A stretch of DNA of 64,000 nt from Bacilli bacterium (GTDB lineage: Bacteria; Bacillota_I; Bacilli_A; RF39; UBA660), in NCBI GenBank assembly GCA_017435485.1, contig JAFSEY010000013.1:600-64599 (forward strand). Reading direction: 5' to 3'. This document shows positions 47,349 through 57,950 of the stretch, in pieces. The translations under genes and the position numbers were made by a program. The notes beneath the pieces were generated by a model. The model was given only the letters and a program-made list of their open reading frames with translations, was not told the origin of the DNA and made no database searches. The number at the start of each line of letters is the position of its first letter. Position 1 is the stretch's first letter.

Positions 47349-48245
47349 TTACTCTTCTTCTTGATTTTTAGAATAATATGGCCGAAGTAATTCTTCTGTT
47401 TTAAATACATAATCAAGTTTTTCTCTAATTTGTTTAGTATTTTGATACTCATTTTCTAGCATTTTAATTTCTGGTGGTAATGCAATTAAAATAAAAAATA
47501 ATTTCTTTTCAGCTTCATTTAAAGGATATCTTAAAAAATATTTTTCTAATAGAGGACTAAAATCATAATTAAAATATTCATTTTTGTAAAGTTTTACTAT
47601 ATCAATTATTGGAGTATCCACTTTAGCATAATCCCAACTAATTAAATAATTATCATTATTTCTAATTAAATGACTAGCTTCTAAATTGTTATGAACAACG
47701 CTTACTCGTTGTTTTTTTTCATCTCTAACTAAATCAAACCATTTATTTACTTCATTATCACAAAAATCCAAAGCCAAAAATATTTTAGAGATATTCCTCA
47801 TTAAAGTATATTGGCTAGGGCTCAGATATTTTTGGGGCAAATAAACATCATAATAGTTGTTGTAAATATTTCTTAAGTATTCAATATTGCTTTTAACATT
47901 TTCATATATTTCTTGATATTTATCTTCTGTTACCTCTTTATAATAACTTGTTTTATTATGTAACATACTTACTAAATCAATTAAATCATCCATCTTTTGT
48001 TCTTGAGGCATTGAAACATCTTCAATCATTTCATAGACATTTAAATCTTTTCTAGAGTCATCAATTAATTTAGGAAAATTATAAAAATTACGACTTTTTA
48101 AATAATTGAATAAACTTCTAACATCATTATGACGTTCTTTAACCACAAAATCACCACTTGTAGTTTTTAATATAGTCGTTTTTCCTCTAATAGTATATTT
48201 TAATGGTTTATATATACTTTTTAATACTTCTAAAGAATTATTCAT
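47349..48245 (-). CDS. CotS/YsxE-like spore-coat-associated kinase-fold protein
   Basis: VVHNNLEASHLI (Brenner-like HxDxxxxN block), D..K. 298 aa; immediately downstream of a SpoVID-like gene, as ysxE is. Confidence 0.55.
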   Translation of the reverse strand: MNNSLEVLKSIYKPLKYTIRGKTTILKTTSGDFVVKERHNDVRSLFNYLKSRNFYNFPKLIDDSRKDLNVYEMIEDVSMPQEQKMDDLIDLVSMLHNKTSYYKEVTEDKYQEIYENVKSNIEYLRNIYNNYYDVYLPQKYLSPSQYTLMRNISKIFLALDFCDNEVNKWFDLVRDEKKQRVSVVHNNLEASHLIRNNDNYLISWDYAKVDTPIIDIVKLYKNEYFNYDFSPLLEKYFLRYPLNEAEKKLFFILIALPPEIKMLENEYQNTKQIREKLDYVFKTEELLRPYYSKNQEEE

Positions 48246-48981
48246 TATCTTCTTCGGGAATTATTAACTTGTCTCCTAATTTTATTTCTGATACATCGTT
48301 ATAGTTTGCTAAAATACTCATATTGGAATTATACATTGTACAAATTGCTTCAATATTTTCATTTTCTTTAACAATATGAACGTGATATGTTTGATAAGTA
48401 TCATCATTAGTATTTATTGATTCAATTATTGTATTTTCTTCTTGCAACATATCATCATTTCTTTCATCTAAAGAATGATTTATTTGAGTATCATCTTCTT
48501 CTGTTTTTTCGGTTACAATAGCATCTATTTTTTCTTCAATTGGTAACTCAATCTCTGTAATTTCCTCAATTTTTTCTTCTGGTTTTATAAATATTTCTTC
48601 TTGTTCTTCTATTTTTTCTAAAATCATTTCTCTTTCTTCTTCTGCTGCTTCTTTTTTGATTTCAGTTCCTTTTAAAGAAAGTTCAATAATAATTTTTAAA
48701 GTGTCATTTTTAAGTATTTCATAAGTAAAATCCGTAATTTCAAATATTATAGAATCTTTATCAATATTATCCGCTATATCAATTGAAAAAGGTAGCGTGA
48801 ACTCAAAAGGTTCTTTATTCATACTTAATTCATGAGTTTTATACTCACCACTAACAATAAAGTTTCCTAATATTTCACTTTCATTAATATCCATTTCATG
48901 TTCTAATGAAATACTATAAATCTCCGCTATTTTTGTTTTAAAAGTAATTTCTTTTGTATAAGGTATTACAAAATCCATCAT
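48238..48981 (-). CDS. SpoVID-like morphogenetic protein with C-terminal LysM domain
   Basis: Glu-rich middle region, C-terminal LysM (YHVHIVKENENIEAICTMYN...IKLGDKLIIP). Synteny with the ysxE-like gene. Confidence 0.5.
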   Translation of the reverse strand: MMDFVIPYTKEITFKTKIAEIYSISLEHEMDINESEILGNFIVSGEYKTHELSMNKEPFEFTLPFSIDIADNIDKDSIIFEITDFTYEILKNDTLKIIIELSLKGTEIKKEAAEEEREMILEKIEEQEEIFIKPEEKIEEITEIELPIEEKIDAIVTEKTEEDDTQINHSLDERNDDMLQEENTIIESINTNDDTYQTYHVHIVKENENIEAICTMYNSNMSILANYNDVSEIKLGDKLIIPEEDNE

Positions 48982-49038
48982 ATCAATCCTCCTAAAAGTA
49001 TTTATGATAGAAAATATAATTTTATACCAAAAAAACTT

Positions 49039-50376
49039 CTATTGAAGCTTTTCTGTAATTTCTTTAAAATGTAGTCCATGACTAGCTTTTATTAAAACAT
49101 AATCATCCTTTTGTAAATTTTCTTTCAAAAAATTAATAGCATCAGTGTTATTATCAAAATGATAATTTAGAGTATTAGAAATTTCTTTGTTTATATTTAA
49201 AGATTCGTTTCCGACAGTTACAACTAAATCTAAGTTAAGTTCATTTATTTTTTTCCCAACTTTTTTATGTAACAAAGTTGAATGACTACCTAATTCTAAC
49301 ATGTCTCCTAAAACCGCTATTTTTCGACCATCTAAACCATTTAAATATTTTAAACAATAAATAACGGCATCATAATTAGCGTTATAGGAATCATCTATTA
49401 AAGTATATTCATTTGTTTTTATAATTTGCATTCTATTAGAACTTATTTCAAAAGTTAAAAGTCCTCTTTTGATATCATCTAAGGAAATATCTAAAGTTGT
49501 CCCAACAGCAATTGCGGCTAGAGCGTTGTATACAAAATGTTCTCCACTAATATTTAAATTTATAATTTCGTTATTATATTCAAATGAACTAGTCATTGTT
49601 TCTAAATTCAGATTTTTCCCTCTAAAATCAGAGTTAATATTTATACCATAAGTAATAACATTACTTAATTTTTCAACTATTCTATTTAACATATCATTAT
49701 CATTATTTAAAATAACCCGGCCGTCATCACAAAGGCCATCTAATATTTCTAGTTTTGCCTTTAAAATATTTTCTCTGCTTCCTAAAATACCAATGTGCGC
49801 AGTTCCAATATTCGTAATTAAAGCGATAGTGGGTTTGGCAATTTTAGAAAGCAAACTCAGTTCCCCAAAATGATTCATACCCATTTCCACTACTAATACT
49901 TCATGATCTTCCAAGCTTAAAATAGTTAGCGGAAGTCCTATATGATTATTTAAATTACCTGGAGTCTTTAAAACTTTATATTTTTGAGCTAAAACATTTG
50001 CCACCATATCTTTCGTACTTGTCTTTCCTGCACTTCCGGTTATAGCTACCACTGGAATATCATACAAACTTCTTTTATAAATAGCCAATTCTTGTAAAGT
50101 TTTAATTGAATCTTCGACAACTATTAAATTTTTTTTGTTTTTTTTAACATAAGAAATAATTTTATTATCAGGATTATCACTTATTGCCAAAATAGCTCCC
50201 TTATTAAAAGCGTCAATAATAAAGTCATTTCCATCAAACTTTTCACCTTTAATAGCTACATATACTTCCCCTTTAGCAATAGTTCTTGTATCCTTCGAAA
50301 ACCCTTTAACCTTACTATTATCATATAAATAACTATCTATTAAATTAATATTATTTTTAATCTCATTTATTTTCAT
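49039..50376 (-). CDS. murF: UDP-N-acetylmuramoyl-tripeptide--D-alanyl-D-alanine ligase
   Basis: ITGSAGKTSTKDM P-loop, DDSYNAN C-terminal motif; 445 aa. Confidence 0.85.
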   Translation of the reverse strand: MKINEIKNNINLIDSYLYDNSKVKGFSKDTRTIAKGEVYVAIKGEKFDGNDFIIDAFNKGAILAISDNPDNKIISYVKKNKKNLIVVEDSIKTLQELAIYKRSLYDIPVVAITGSAGKTSTKDMVANVLAQKYKVLKTPGNLNNHIGLPLTILSLEDHEVLVVEMGMNHFGELSLLSKIAKPTIALITNIGTAHIGILGSRENILKAKLEILDGLCDDGRVILNNDNDMLNRIVEKLSNVITYGININSDFRGKNLNLETMTSSFEYNNEIINLNISGEHFVYNALAAIAVGTTLDISLDDIKRGLLTFEISSNRMQIIKTNEYTLIDDSYNANYDAVIYCLKYLNGLDGRKIAVLGDMLELGSHSTLLHKKVGKKINELNLDLVVTVGNESLNINKEISNTLNYHFDNNTDAINFLKENLQKDDYVLIKASHGLHFKEITEKLQ

Positions 50377-50440
50377 ATTATCATCCTTTAAATTGTATTC
50401 ACTTAATTAAAGTTTATTAAATAAGAAAGGAAAAGTCAAT

Positions 50441-52774
50441 TTAATTGCTTTTCCTTTCAAATAAATAATCATATATTTCTTTATAATTTTTAACAGGGAT
50501 AATCTTCATTTTAGCTTTTATTTTGTCATCAATTAATTCTAAATCCGCCATATTTTCAAAAGGGATAAAAACAACTTTAATATTGTTATTATAAGCTCCA
50601 ATTAATTTTTCTTTTAATCCCCCTATTTTTAAAATCTCACCATTTAAAGTTATTTCTCCCGTCATTGCAATATTTAAATCAACTTTTTTATTTAATAGCG
50701 CACTTATTAAAGATGTTGTAATGGCGCATCCGGCACTTGGTCCTTCCTTTTTAACAGCCGACGCTAAGAAATGAATATGAATATCGTTTTTATTTAAATT
50801 AGCTAAATCAATATTATATTTTTTAGCATTGCTTTTAATATAACTTAAAGCAACTTCGATACTCTCTTCCATAATTTTTCCAAGACTACCCGTAGCTTTT
50901 GTTTTTCCGCTACCCTCTAATATTAATGATTCAATCTGCATTACAGCTCCGCCAAAGGATGTGTAAGCTAATCCGTTAACTAAACCAAAAGTTTTTTTAA
51001 TGCTACATATTGAATTTGCATATTCTTTTACTCCAAGAAAATTTTGAAGTGTACTTTTTTTTATAGTGACATCTAAGTTATCGTTAAAATTCAAATAATT
51101 TTGGGTAATTACTTTGCGAATTATTTTAGCTAATTTTCTTGTTAAATCTCTAACTCCTGCTTCCTTTGTATAATTATTAATTATAACTTTTAAAGCATCA
51201 GCACTAAATTTAATTTCATTTTTTATTAAGTTTTCATCAAATAATTGCGGAATTATATAATTAGTTGCAATATCTAACTTTTCAAATTCACTATACCCAC
51301 TTAATTTAATAATTTCCAAACGATCTTTTAATGGTCCTGGAATGTCATCTTCATTATTAGCCGTTAAAATAAATAGGGCTTTTGATAAATCAAATGGTTC
51401 TTCAATATAATTATCAACAAAATTATAGTTAGAGTTTGGATCTAAAATATCGAGTAAAGCACTTGCAGGATCTCCTTTAATATCTTTAACCATTTTGTCA
51501 ACTTCATCAATAAGTATAACAGGATTACTTACACCACATTTTTGTAAAGCAAAAATAATTTTTCCAGGACTTGCCCCTATATAAGTACGACGATTTCCTA
51601 ACAATTCCGTTGGATCATTTAATCCACCTACACTAATTTTATAAAAAGCCTTATTCAACGCTTTCGCTATTGAAGCAGCTAAACTACTTTTACCTACCCC
51701 AGGAGGGCCAATCAAGCAAATAATTGGACTTTTAATATTAGGATTCCTTTTTTTTGTGGCTATATATTCAATAATACGGTCCTTAACCTCATCTAAGCCA
51801 TAATGCGACTTATTTAATACTTTAGCGATTTTCTTTAAATCTTCTTCATCATCACTAAATTTATTCCATGGCAAATTAAGAAGTGTATCAATATAATTTC
51901 TAATCATCGCATTCTCTGGACTAACTTCACTAATTAAAGAATATTTTTTTATTTCTTTTAAAATTTTTTCCAAAGTTTTCTCATTTAAATTAAGTGATTC
52001 AGCTTTTTTTATAAAAAAATTAACTTCTTCATCTTTGAAATCTTCTTCATTTAATTCTTTACGAATTTGTTTGATTTTTTCTTTTAAAATAAATTCTTTT
52101 TGACTTGCTTCTAATTCTAATTGGAGATTATCTTCTATTTTTTCTTCCAGTTTTAAGATTTCTATTTCAACGCTTAAGTCTTTTATTAAGCTTTGAGCAC
52201 GATACAGCGGATTAATTTCCTGCATATACGCTAATTTTGAGGAGGTTGAGAGTGATAAATAAGATATAACAGAGTCTGTAAAATTATAAAAATTTGTAGT
52301 GTTATTTAAGTGATTTATAATATTATTAGATAAACTAGGAGATTTAGCGATATAAGATGTTAAAAGTTCTAAAATTTTCCTCCTTAAGGCAATCTCTTCT
52401 TCTTTAGCAAACTTTGGTAAAGTTACATTTTCTACATGACTTTCTAAAACGCATTTTAGTTCGCTATTATTACAATAATAATTCACAGCAACTCTTTTAA
52501 TACCTTTTAAAGTTACTCGTAAATTATTATTTGACAAAATTAAATCTTGAGTTATTTTTGCTACTACACCAATATTAGGAAGATCTTCTACATCCGGACT
52601 TTCTTCAATTTCATCTAAGGGACAAATGACTAATACTTGACCATTAAAATTTTTTTTTGATAAATTAATTATTTTCTTACTTATTTCATTATTAAGTTCA
52701 AGTTTAATTTCTTGATTAGGAAAGATGACAAAACTTTTTAAAAGTAAAACTGGTAACTTATTCAAAGTTTGCAC
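50441..52774 (-). CDS. lon: ATP-dependent Lon protease (LonA)
   Basis: LON N-terminal domain, AAA+ GPPGVGKSS, C-terminal PSAGCA/K dyad; 777 aa. Confidence 0.95.
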   Translation of the reverse strand: MQTLNKLPVLLLKSFVIFPNQEIKLELNNEISKKIINLSKKNFNGQVLVICPLDEIEESPDVEDLPNIGVVAKITQDLILSNNNLRVTLKGIKRVAVNYYCNNSELKCVLESHVENVTLPKFAKEEEIALRRKILELLTSYIAKSPSLSNNIINHLNNTTNFYNFTDSVISYLSLSTSSKLAYMQEINPLYRAQSLIKDLSVEIEILKLEEKIEDNLQLELEASQKEFILKEKIKQIRKELNEEDFKDEEVNFFIKKAESLNLNEKTLEKILKEIKKYSLISEVSPENAMIRNYIDTLLNLPWNKFSDDEEDLKKIAKVLNKSHYGLDEVKDRIIEYIATKKRNPNIKSPIICLIGPPGVGKSSLAASIAKALNKAFYKISVGGLNDPTELLGNRRTYIGASPGKIIFALQKCGVSNPVILIDEVDKMVKDIKGDPASALLDILDPNSNYNFVDNYIEEPFDLSKALFILTANNEDDIPGPLKDRLEIIKLSGYSEFEKLDIATNYIIPQLFDENLIKNEIKFSADALKVIINNYTKEAGVRDLTRKLAKIIRKVITQNYLNFNDNLDVTIKKSTLQNFLGVKEYANSICSIKKTFGLVNGLAYTSFGGAVMQIESLILEGSGKTKATGSLGKIMEESIEVALSYIKSNAKKYNIDLANLNKNDIHIHFLASAVKKEGPSAGCAITTSLISALLNKKVDLNIAMTGEITLNGEILKIGGLKEKLIGAYNNNIKVVFIPFENMADLELIDDKIKAKMKIIPVKNYKEIYDYLFERKSN

Positions 52775-52907
52775 CTCCTTTGAAATTGATGTTTTTTATT
52801 ATAGTAATTAAATTTGTATTTGTAAACATAATTCGACATAATTTGACACCAAAAAATGGCATTATTATTTACTGTTTTTACTAATCCATTGTAATGCAGC
52901 AATTTTT

Positions 52908-52943
52908 TGCCAAATATAAAAAATAGGTTTTCATTAACCTATT
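52908..52943 (-). terminator. intrinsic terminator (aataggtt-ttcatt-aacctatt plus U-run) overlapping the alr stop
   Basis: 8-bp perfect stem followed by TTTTTATATTT on the minus strand. Confidence 0.55.
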
Positions 52944-54066
52944 TATATTTTCTTGTTACCCTGCTAGTAATCTTATTAAATAAATGATAAGAATTTAATC
53001 TAGTGTTTTCACATACTTTCAAGAAAGGAATGTTTTTTCCAATTATCTCAACCTTATCCCCAATTTTTACTTTTGATGATACTCTAACCATAATCATATC
53101 CATTGTCTCCGCCAAAATTTCACAATAGTTACCATTAATCCAAACATATCTAAAACTTAAGTCTACTCCATCAGCATATCCTATTGGAAGTGTTGCAATA
53201 AATAAATCCTCTGAAGCTTTATAAGTTCCATATCCTATATATTTTCCAGAATCAACTTTTCTAACACTCATAACTTCCGTATATAATTCAAAAGCTGTGT
53301 TTAATGGCAACTCTTTTGGATATTTAGTTTCTTTACCTAATATTTTTTTGATAAAAGCTTTTACTTTTTGTTTTTTTCCTAGCGTCGGTTTCTTTCCAGA
53401 AATACCATACATTAGCATCCCAAAACGACAAGCATTGCAAAATGAAATTTTTTCTTTATTAACTAATGTAATAGATCGGTCAAGATGAACAATAGGGATT
53501 TTTGATAAATCAATATCATTTGTAATTTTTTTAAATGTTGCGATTTGTAAGTTATAATATTTATCATTTAAACCACTTGTTGCAAAATGAGAATAAATTC
53601 CCTCTAAATTTAATTTTTCTTTCTTTTTTATAAGCTCATAAGATAATTTTAATTCGGTAGCGTTATTAAAGCCCAATCTATTCATTCCGGAATCGACTTT
53701 AAGATGAATATTAATTCCCTTATTTAATTTAATTTCTAATAGTTCTTTAACATATTTTAAATTATCAACTGTAATGGTAATATTATAATAGTCACATTGA
53801 TCAATATATTTTAAATCAATAGGTTCTAAAACTAAGATAGGTATTTTGGAATAAGATTTTCTTATTTGCAAAGCTTCATCTAATGATGAAACCGCTAAGT
53901 AATTTATCCCTCCTTTAATCATGGCGTTGATAGTTTCTATTCCGTGATTATAAGCATTATTTTTTACAACCCCTATATAATAATCATAATGATAATTATT
54001 AACTACACATTTTACATTTTCATATATTTTTTTTGTATCGATTAATGCGTATGTATTTCGGTACAT
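52939..54066 (-). CDS. alr: alanine racemase
   Basis: PLP site VVKNNAYNHG, 375 aa, TIM-barrel plus beta domain layout. Confidence 0.85.
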   Translation of the reverse strand: MYRNTYALIDTKKIYENVKCVVNNYHYDYYIGVVKNNAYNHGIETINAMIKGGINYLAVSSLDEALQIRKSYSKIPILVLEPIDLKYIDQCDYYNITITVDNLKYVKELLEIKLNKGINIHLKVDSGMNRLGFNNATELKLSYELIKKKEKLNLEGIYSHFATSGLNDKYYNLQIATFKKITNDIDLSKIPIVHLDRSITLVNKEKISFCNACRFGMLMYGISGKKPTLGKKQKVKAFIKKILGKETKYPKELPLNTAFELYTEVMSVRKVDSGKYIGYGTYKASEDLFIATLPIGYADGVDLSFRYVWINGNYCEILAETMDMIMVRVSSKVKIGDKVEIIGKNIPFLKVCENTRLNSYHLFNKITSRVTRKYK

Positions 54067-54087
54067 ACAATCACATCCTTCAATTTT

Positions 54088-55095
54088 CTATTTATTTTCT
54101 TTTAACGCTTCTCTAATTAAACCTTCTAATTCTTCTTTTAACTCTGGCTTAGATTTTAATAGTAATTTAACATTTTCTTTACCTTGGCCAATTTTTTCTC
54201 CTTTATAAGAATACCAAGCACCACTTTTTTCCATAATTCCTAGTTCGCTTGCTAAATCAACAATTTCGCCTTCACGCGAAATCCCTTGTCCATACATAAT
54301 TTCAACATTAGCAGTTTTAAATGGTGGAGCCACTTTATTTTTTACAACCTTAATAACAGTCTTATTCCCAATGACTTGATCTCCATTTTTAATCTGCTCA
54401 GCTCTTCTAATATCTAAACGAATAGTTGAATAAAATTTAAGCGCTCTTCCTCCAGGAGTAGTTTCTGGATTACCAAACATTATTCCTACTTTTTCTCTTA
54501 ACTGATTAATAAAAATTGCTGTTGTTTTAGTTTTATTAATTGTTCCAGATAATTTTCTTAAGGCTTGACTCATTAATCTAGCTTGAAGTCCAACATGAGA
54601 ATCTCCCATTTCTCCTTCAATCTCAGCTTGAGGAACTAAAGCAGCCACTGAATCGATAACAACAATATTTACTGCTTCACTTCTTACTAAAGCTTCACAA
54701 ATTTCTAAAGCTTGTTCTCCCGTATCAGGTTGAGATAATAATAACTCATTTAAATTAACACCTAAATTTTTGGCATATACAGGATCTAATGCATGTTCAG
54801 CATCAATAAAAGCTGCTCTTCCCCCTGCTTTTTGCGCTTCGGCAATCGCTTGTAAAGCTACAGTTGTTTTACCTGATGATTCAGGCCCAAATATTTCAAT
54901 AATTCTTCCTTTAGGAAATCCTCCCACTCCTAAAGCTTTATCTAAAAGTAAAGACCCACTTGAAGTTACATCTATATTCACATGCGAATCTTCCCCTAAT
55001 TTCATAATTGCGCCAGCACCGAATTGTTTTTGAATATCCGCTAACACTTGTTCTAATGCTTTATCTTTATTTGTTTCATCTTTTGATATTTTCAT
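54088..55095 (-). CDS. recA: recombinase RecA
   Basis: GPESSGKTT Walker A, loops L1/L2; nearly invariant RecA sequence. Confidence 0.97.
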   Translation of the reverse strand: MKISKDETNKDKALEQVLADIQKQFGAGAIMKLGEDSHVNIDVTSSGSLLLDKALGVGGFPKGRIIEIFGPESSGKTTVALQAIAEAQKAGGRAAFIDAEHALDPVYAKNLGVNLNELLLSQPDTGEQALEICEALVRSEAVNIVVIDSVAALVPQAEIEGEMGDSHVGLQARLMSQALRKLSGTINKTKTTAIFINQLREKVGIMFGNPETTPGGRALKFYSTIRLDIRRAEQIKNGDQVIGNKTVIKVVKNKVAPPFKTANVEIMYGQGISREGEIVDLASELGIMEKSGAWYSYKGEKIGQGKENVKLLLKSKPELKEELEGLIREALKENK

Positions 55096-55252
55096 AAATC
55101 CTCCCTAATTTTTACTACAAACTAATTTTAATATAAATAAATTAGTTTGTCAACACATTTTTCAAACGTTTGTTTGGTTGCTCTTTTTGATAAAAAAAGG
55201 ACAATTTTACTCACTAAAATTATCCTTTTTATTATTTATTTTTTTTCAAAAA

Positions 55253-55849
55253 TTATTTTTTAGGAAATAAGAATTCCCGACTATTATAATAATATTGACA
55301 TCCTGATACAATTGATAATACTGTAGCTATTAATATTAATAATCCCCCAAGATTAAAATTAACTAATTCAAATGGTAAGTTATAAAACATCGTCAAAGTA
55401 AGTCCTACCATCATACACATAGTTTTGGCCTTACCCCACCAACTTGCAGCAACAACCTTTCCTTTATTTCCACTAATCATTTTGCATGAATCTACAACAA
55501 TATCTCTTGTAATTATAATTACTGGTACCGCTATAGAAATCATACCATCATACGCTAAAATAATAAGTAATCCATTAACCAATATTTTATCAGCTATTGC
55601 ATCCATAACCTTTCCAAAGTCAGTTACTAAGTTTCTACTTCTAGCTAAATAACCATCTACAAAATCTGAAACAGAAGCAATAATAAATAATACCCCTGCA
55701 ATAATATATTTTAGATTAACTATTATCCTTCCGCCTATTTCATAAGTTGGAAATTCAATTCCTAATTCGTACCAAGGAATCAAAAGCATAACCATTATAG
55801 CAACAGCTAGAACTATTCTTCCCATTGTTATTTTATTTGGTAAATTCAT
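55253..55849 (-). CDS. pgsA: CDP-diacylglycerol--glycerol-3-phosphate 3-phosphatidyltransferase
   Basis: CDP-alcohol phosphotransferase motif DFVDGYLAR...G...D...D. Confidence 0.85.
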   Translation of the reverse strand: MNLPNKITMGRIVLAVAIMVMLLIPWYELGIEFPTYEIGGRIIVNLKYIIAGVLFIIASVSDFVDGYLARSRNLVTDFGKVMDAIADKILVNGLLIILAYDGMISIAVPVIIITRDIVVDSCKMISGNKGKVVAASWWGKAKTMCMMVGLTLTMFYNLPFELVNFNLGGLLILIATVLSIVSGCQYYYNSREFLFPKK

Positions 55850-55862
55850 ATTTTACACCTTC

Positions 55863-56336
55863 CTACTTAACATAACCAATAATAGTAGCACTTTTACTAT
55901 CAATTGTTATTTGTTTTACTGACCAAAAAATAGTCAAAATAATTAAGATAAATATAATTATATAAGTTACTATATAAAAATATTTATTATGTTTAGTTGG
56001 CTTTCTCGTATATGGAGAAATAACTTTATTCTCAGCTTTTTGTTCTTTTGTTTGTTCTAATACAGCTTTTTCAATTTCTTTTACAGGTATCTTAGAAGTA
56101 TATTCAAATAAATATTCATTAAATTTATTTAAAATATCTCTTTCATTTAATCCTAAATATTTAGCATAACTTTCAATATATTCTTTTAAAATAAATATAT
56201 CTTTAAATGCTCCGATCTTACCATCTTCAATATTTTCGATGACAACATCCTTAATATCTAAGTCATTACTTACCTCATTAACACTTATCCCTGAAGATTC
56301 TCTTGTAGCTTTTAACAGGCTACCTATCTCATTCAA
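55863..56336 (-). CDS. RodZ-like (YmfM-like) HTH plus TM protein
   Basis: N-terminal XRE-type HTH (LLKATRESSGISVNEVSNDL), one TM segment; position directly upstream of pgsA as ymfM is in B. subtilis. Confidence 0.55.
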   Translation of the reverse strand: MNEIGSLLKATRESSGISVNEVSNDLDIKDVVIENIEDGKIGAFKDIFILKEYIESYAKYLGLNERDILNKFNEYLFEYTSKIPVKEIEKAVLEQTKEQKAENKVISPYTRKPTKHNKYFYIVTYIIIFILIILTIFWSVKQITIDSKSATIIGYVK

Positions 56337-56349
56337 GTTTTTTCACTCC

Positions 56350-56712
56350 TTTAAAATCAAATAATATCTCATAAGCCATGTTCTGTCCTTAAAATTAAGG
56401 GACAAATATTTATCTACCATTACTGGTCCTCTATTAGATTCTTTATTCTCTTTTAGAAGCTCCCCTACCATAATTTGGGTTTCTCGCTTGTGGGGTTTAC
56501 CACGTTCCACTCCGTTTCGTTTCCAAAACAGCTCGTCTCTTTGGCACTTTTATATCTACTATAACCATTTAAGGTTATTTCGAAGCCGTTAGCATACACT
56601 ACCTTAGGTTATTTTTTCCCTAAGCACAAACACTACAACCATCACAGGTTGTGCGAGCATGGACTTTCCTCTACATAATAAATTTATGCAGCATTTGTCT
56701 CGATATTATTCG
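56350..56712 (-). ncRNA. rnpB: RNase P RNA (bacterial type B)
   Basis: The minus-strand sequence contains GAGGAAAGUCCAUGCUCGCAC, GUGGAACGUGGUAAACCCCACAAGCGAGAAACCCAAAUUAUGGUAGGGGA, GGACAGAACAUGGCUUAUGAGA and a P1 pairing (AAUAAUAUC/GAUAUUAUU). These are near-identical to the conserved cores of B. subtilis RNase P RNA. The patch is locally GC-rich, and it lies next to gpsB as in Bacillus. Ends are approximate (about 10 nt). Confidence 0.85.
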
Positions 56713-57038
56713 TTATTTCCGTAAACTATTTTTTCTAATTGACTGATTCTTCTTAGAAGGTCCACATTATTAATTGAACGTGTTTGGCTTTCGCTACTTT
56801 CAGCAGCTTCAATTGTAGTTTTAAGTCTTCTTAATTCTTGTTTTAACTTAATATTATCATCAGTCAAATCCTTAATATCACGTTCTTGTTTTTTTATAAT
56901 AGATGCAAATTCTGTATAATCTCTTATAACCATATCTAAAAATTTATCAACCTCTTGAGGACGATACCCTCTAGCATCATATTTAAATTCTTTCTCTAAT
57001 ATCTCCTGAGGAGTCAAAAAAATCTTATCATTATACAC
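56706..57038 (-). CDS. gpsB: cell-cycle protein GpsB (DivIVA-domain)
   Basis: LTPQEILEKEFKYDARGYRPQEVDKFLDMVIRDY matches GpsB. The track ORF start (TTG at 57062) abuts the -10 box, so the true start is probably the GTG near 57038 with RBS AAGAAGGTGA. Confidence 0.75.
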   Translation of the reverse strand: MYNDKIFLTPQEILEKEFKYDARGYRPQEVDKFLDMVIRDYTEFASIIKKQERDIKDLTDDNIKLKQELRRLKTTIEAAESSESQTRSINNVDLLRRISQLEKIVYGNNE

Positions 57039-57061
57039 GCTTGTCACCTTCTTACTAACCA

Positions 57062-57098
57062 ATTATATAAAAGATTGTCTTATTTTGTCAATTGTCAA
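57062..57098 (-). promoter_or_regulatory. sigma-A-type promoter for gpsB (tandem TTGACA TTGACA - ~17 nt - TATATAAT)
   Basis: Minus-strand sequence TTGACAATTGACAaaataagacaatcttTTATATAAT, read directly. Confidence 0.5.
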
Positions 57099-57134
57099 AA
57101 AAAGGTACACTAATGTAAAGTAAAAAGAAAACAC

Positions 57135-57326
57135 TTACGCATTTTCTTTCTTTTTATCGTTTTTACTAATATTTTGTGAAATAAACTCTATTTCTGCCTC
57201 TGTCAACTTGCTTATTAAATCATTTAAAATATACTCTACCCTAATCATAATTCTCTCCTTTTTCCAAAGTATACAAAAAATTAAATTAGAATAGTTAAAT
57301 TCGACAAAACATCCTAAAATTGTCAA
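57135..57326 (-). CDS. small hypothetical ORF (63 aa; possibly only the C-terminal 37 aa is translated)
   Basis: ORF only. No motif, weak start context. Confidence 0.2.
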   Translation of the reverse strand: MTILGCFVEFNYSNLIFCILWKKERIMIRVEYILNDLISKLTEAEIEFISQNISKNDKKKENA

Positions 57327-57386
57327 GTCGCATTATCTAGTAGATATTTTAACGCTTTTATTGTATAATTAATAAGGTGAATATAA

Positions 57387-57941
57387 GTGAATTATCCTAA
57401 TAATATAAATAAAACATATCAAAAATTTGTTACTTATAATAACCGAGGAATGGATCTAGAAAATTCTATAAATAAAGCTAATGAATATTACTTAGAAAAC
57501 AATCTAGCTTTAATCTATAAAAAACCAACTCCAATTGGTATTGTTAAAGTAAGTTATGAAAATAATTCTAAAGTAATTAATAAAGCTTATTTTAAAGAGC
57601 CATCTACTCTTGATTATAATGGAATATATAAAGGAAAATATATTGAATTTGAAGCTAAAGAAACTACTAATAAAACCTCTTTTCCTTTACGAAATATTCA
57701 TCCTCATCAAATAAAACATATCGCAAAAGTTTTAGAACATGGCGGAATTGTCTTTATAATCATCAAAATAAATCAAATTGATTATTTATTAGATGGAAAA
57801 CATTTTTTAGATTACACACTAAATAATCAAAGGAATAGTATTCCTTATGATTATATTAAGGATAAGGGTTTTGTAATTAAATATAATTTTAATAAAGGTC
57901 TAGATTATTTAACTATTGTAGATCAAGTATATTTTAGTTAG
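57387..57941 (+). CDS. recU: Holliday junction resolvase RecU
   Basis: YIEFEAKET...RNIHPHQIKHI matches the RecU active-site region. GTG start with an AAGGTGA RBS, and a TGtATAAT extended -10 about 20 nt upstream. Precedes ponA as in Bacillus. Confidence 0.85.
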   Translation: MNYPNNINKTYQKFVTYNNRGMDLENSINKANEYYLENNLALIYKKPTPIGIVKVSYENNSKVINKAYFKEPSTLDYNGIYKGKYIEFEAKETTNKTSFPLRNIHPHQIKHIAKVLEHGGIVFIIIKINQIDYLLDGKHFLDYTLNNQRNSIPYDYIKDKGFVIKYNFNKGLDYLTIVDQVYFS

Positions 57942-57950
57942 GAGATAAAA

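Noticed and set aside
47199-47390. 63-aa GTG-start hydrophobic ORF divergent from the pilin operon, overlapping the ysxE-like 3' end.
   Set aside because: It has only a weak GTG start and overlaps the convergent gene end. It is probably a translation of promoter/terminator DNA, though a small membrane peptide cannot be fully excluded.
49469-49651. 60-aa ORF antisense to murF.
   Set aside because: Antisense artefact.
53297-53488. 63-aa ORF antisense to alr.
   Set aside because: Antisense artefact.
54770-55033. 87-aa ORF antisense to recA.
   Set aside because: Antisense to a near-invariant gene.
55425-55652. 75-aa ORF antisense to pgsA.
   Set aside because: Antisense artefact.
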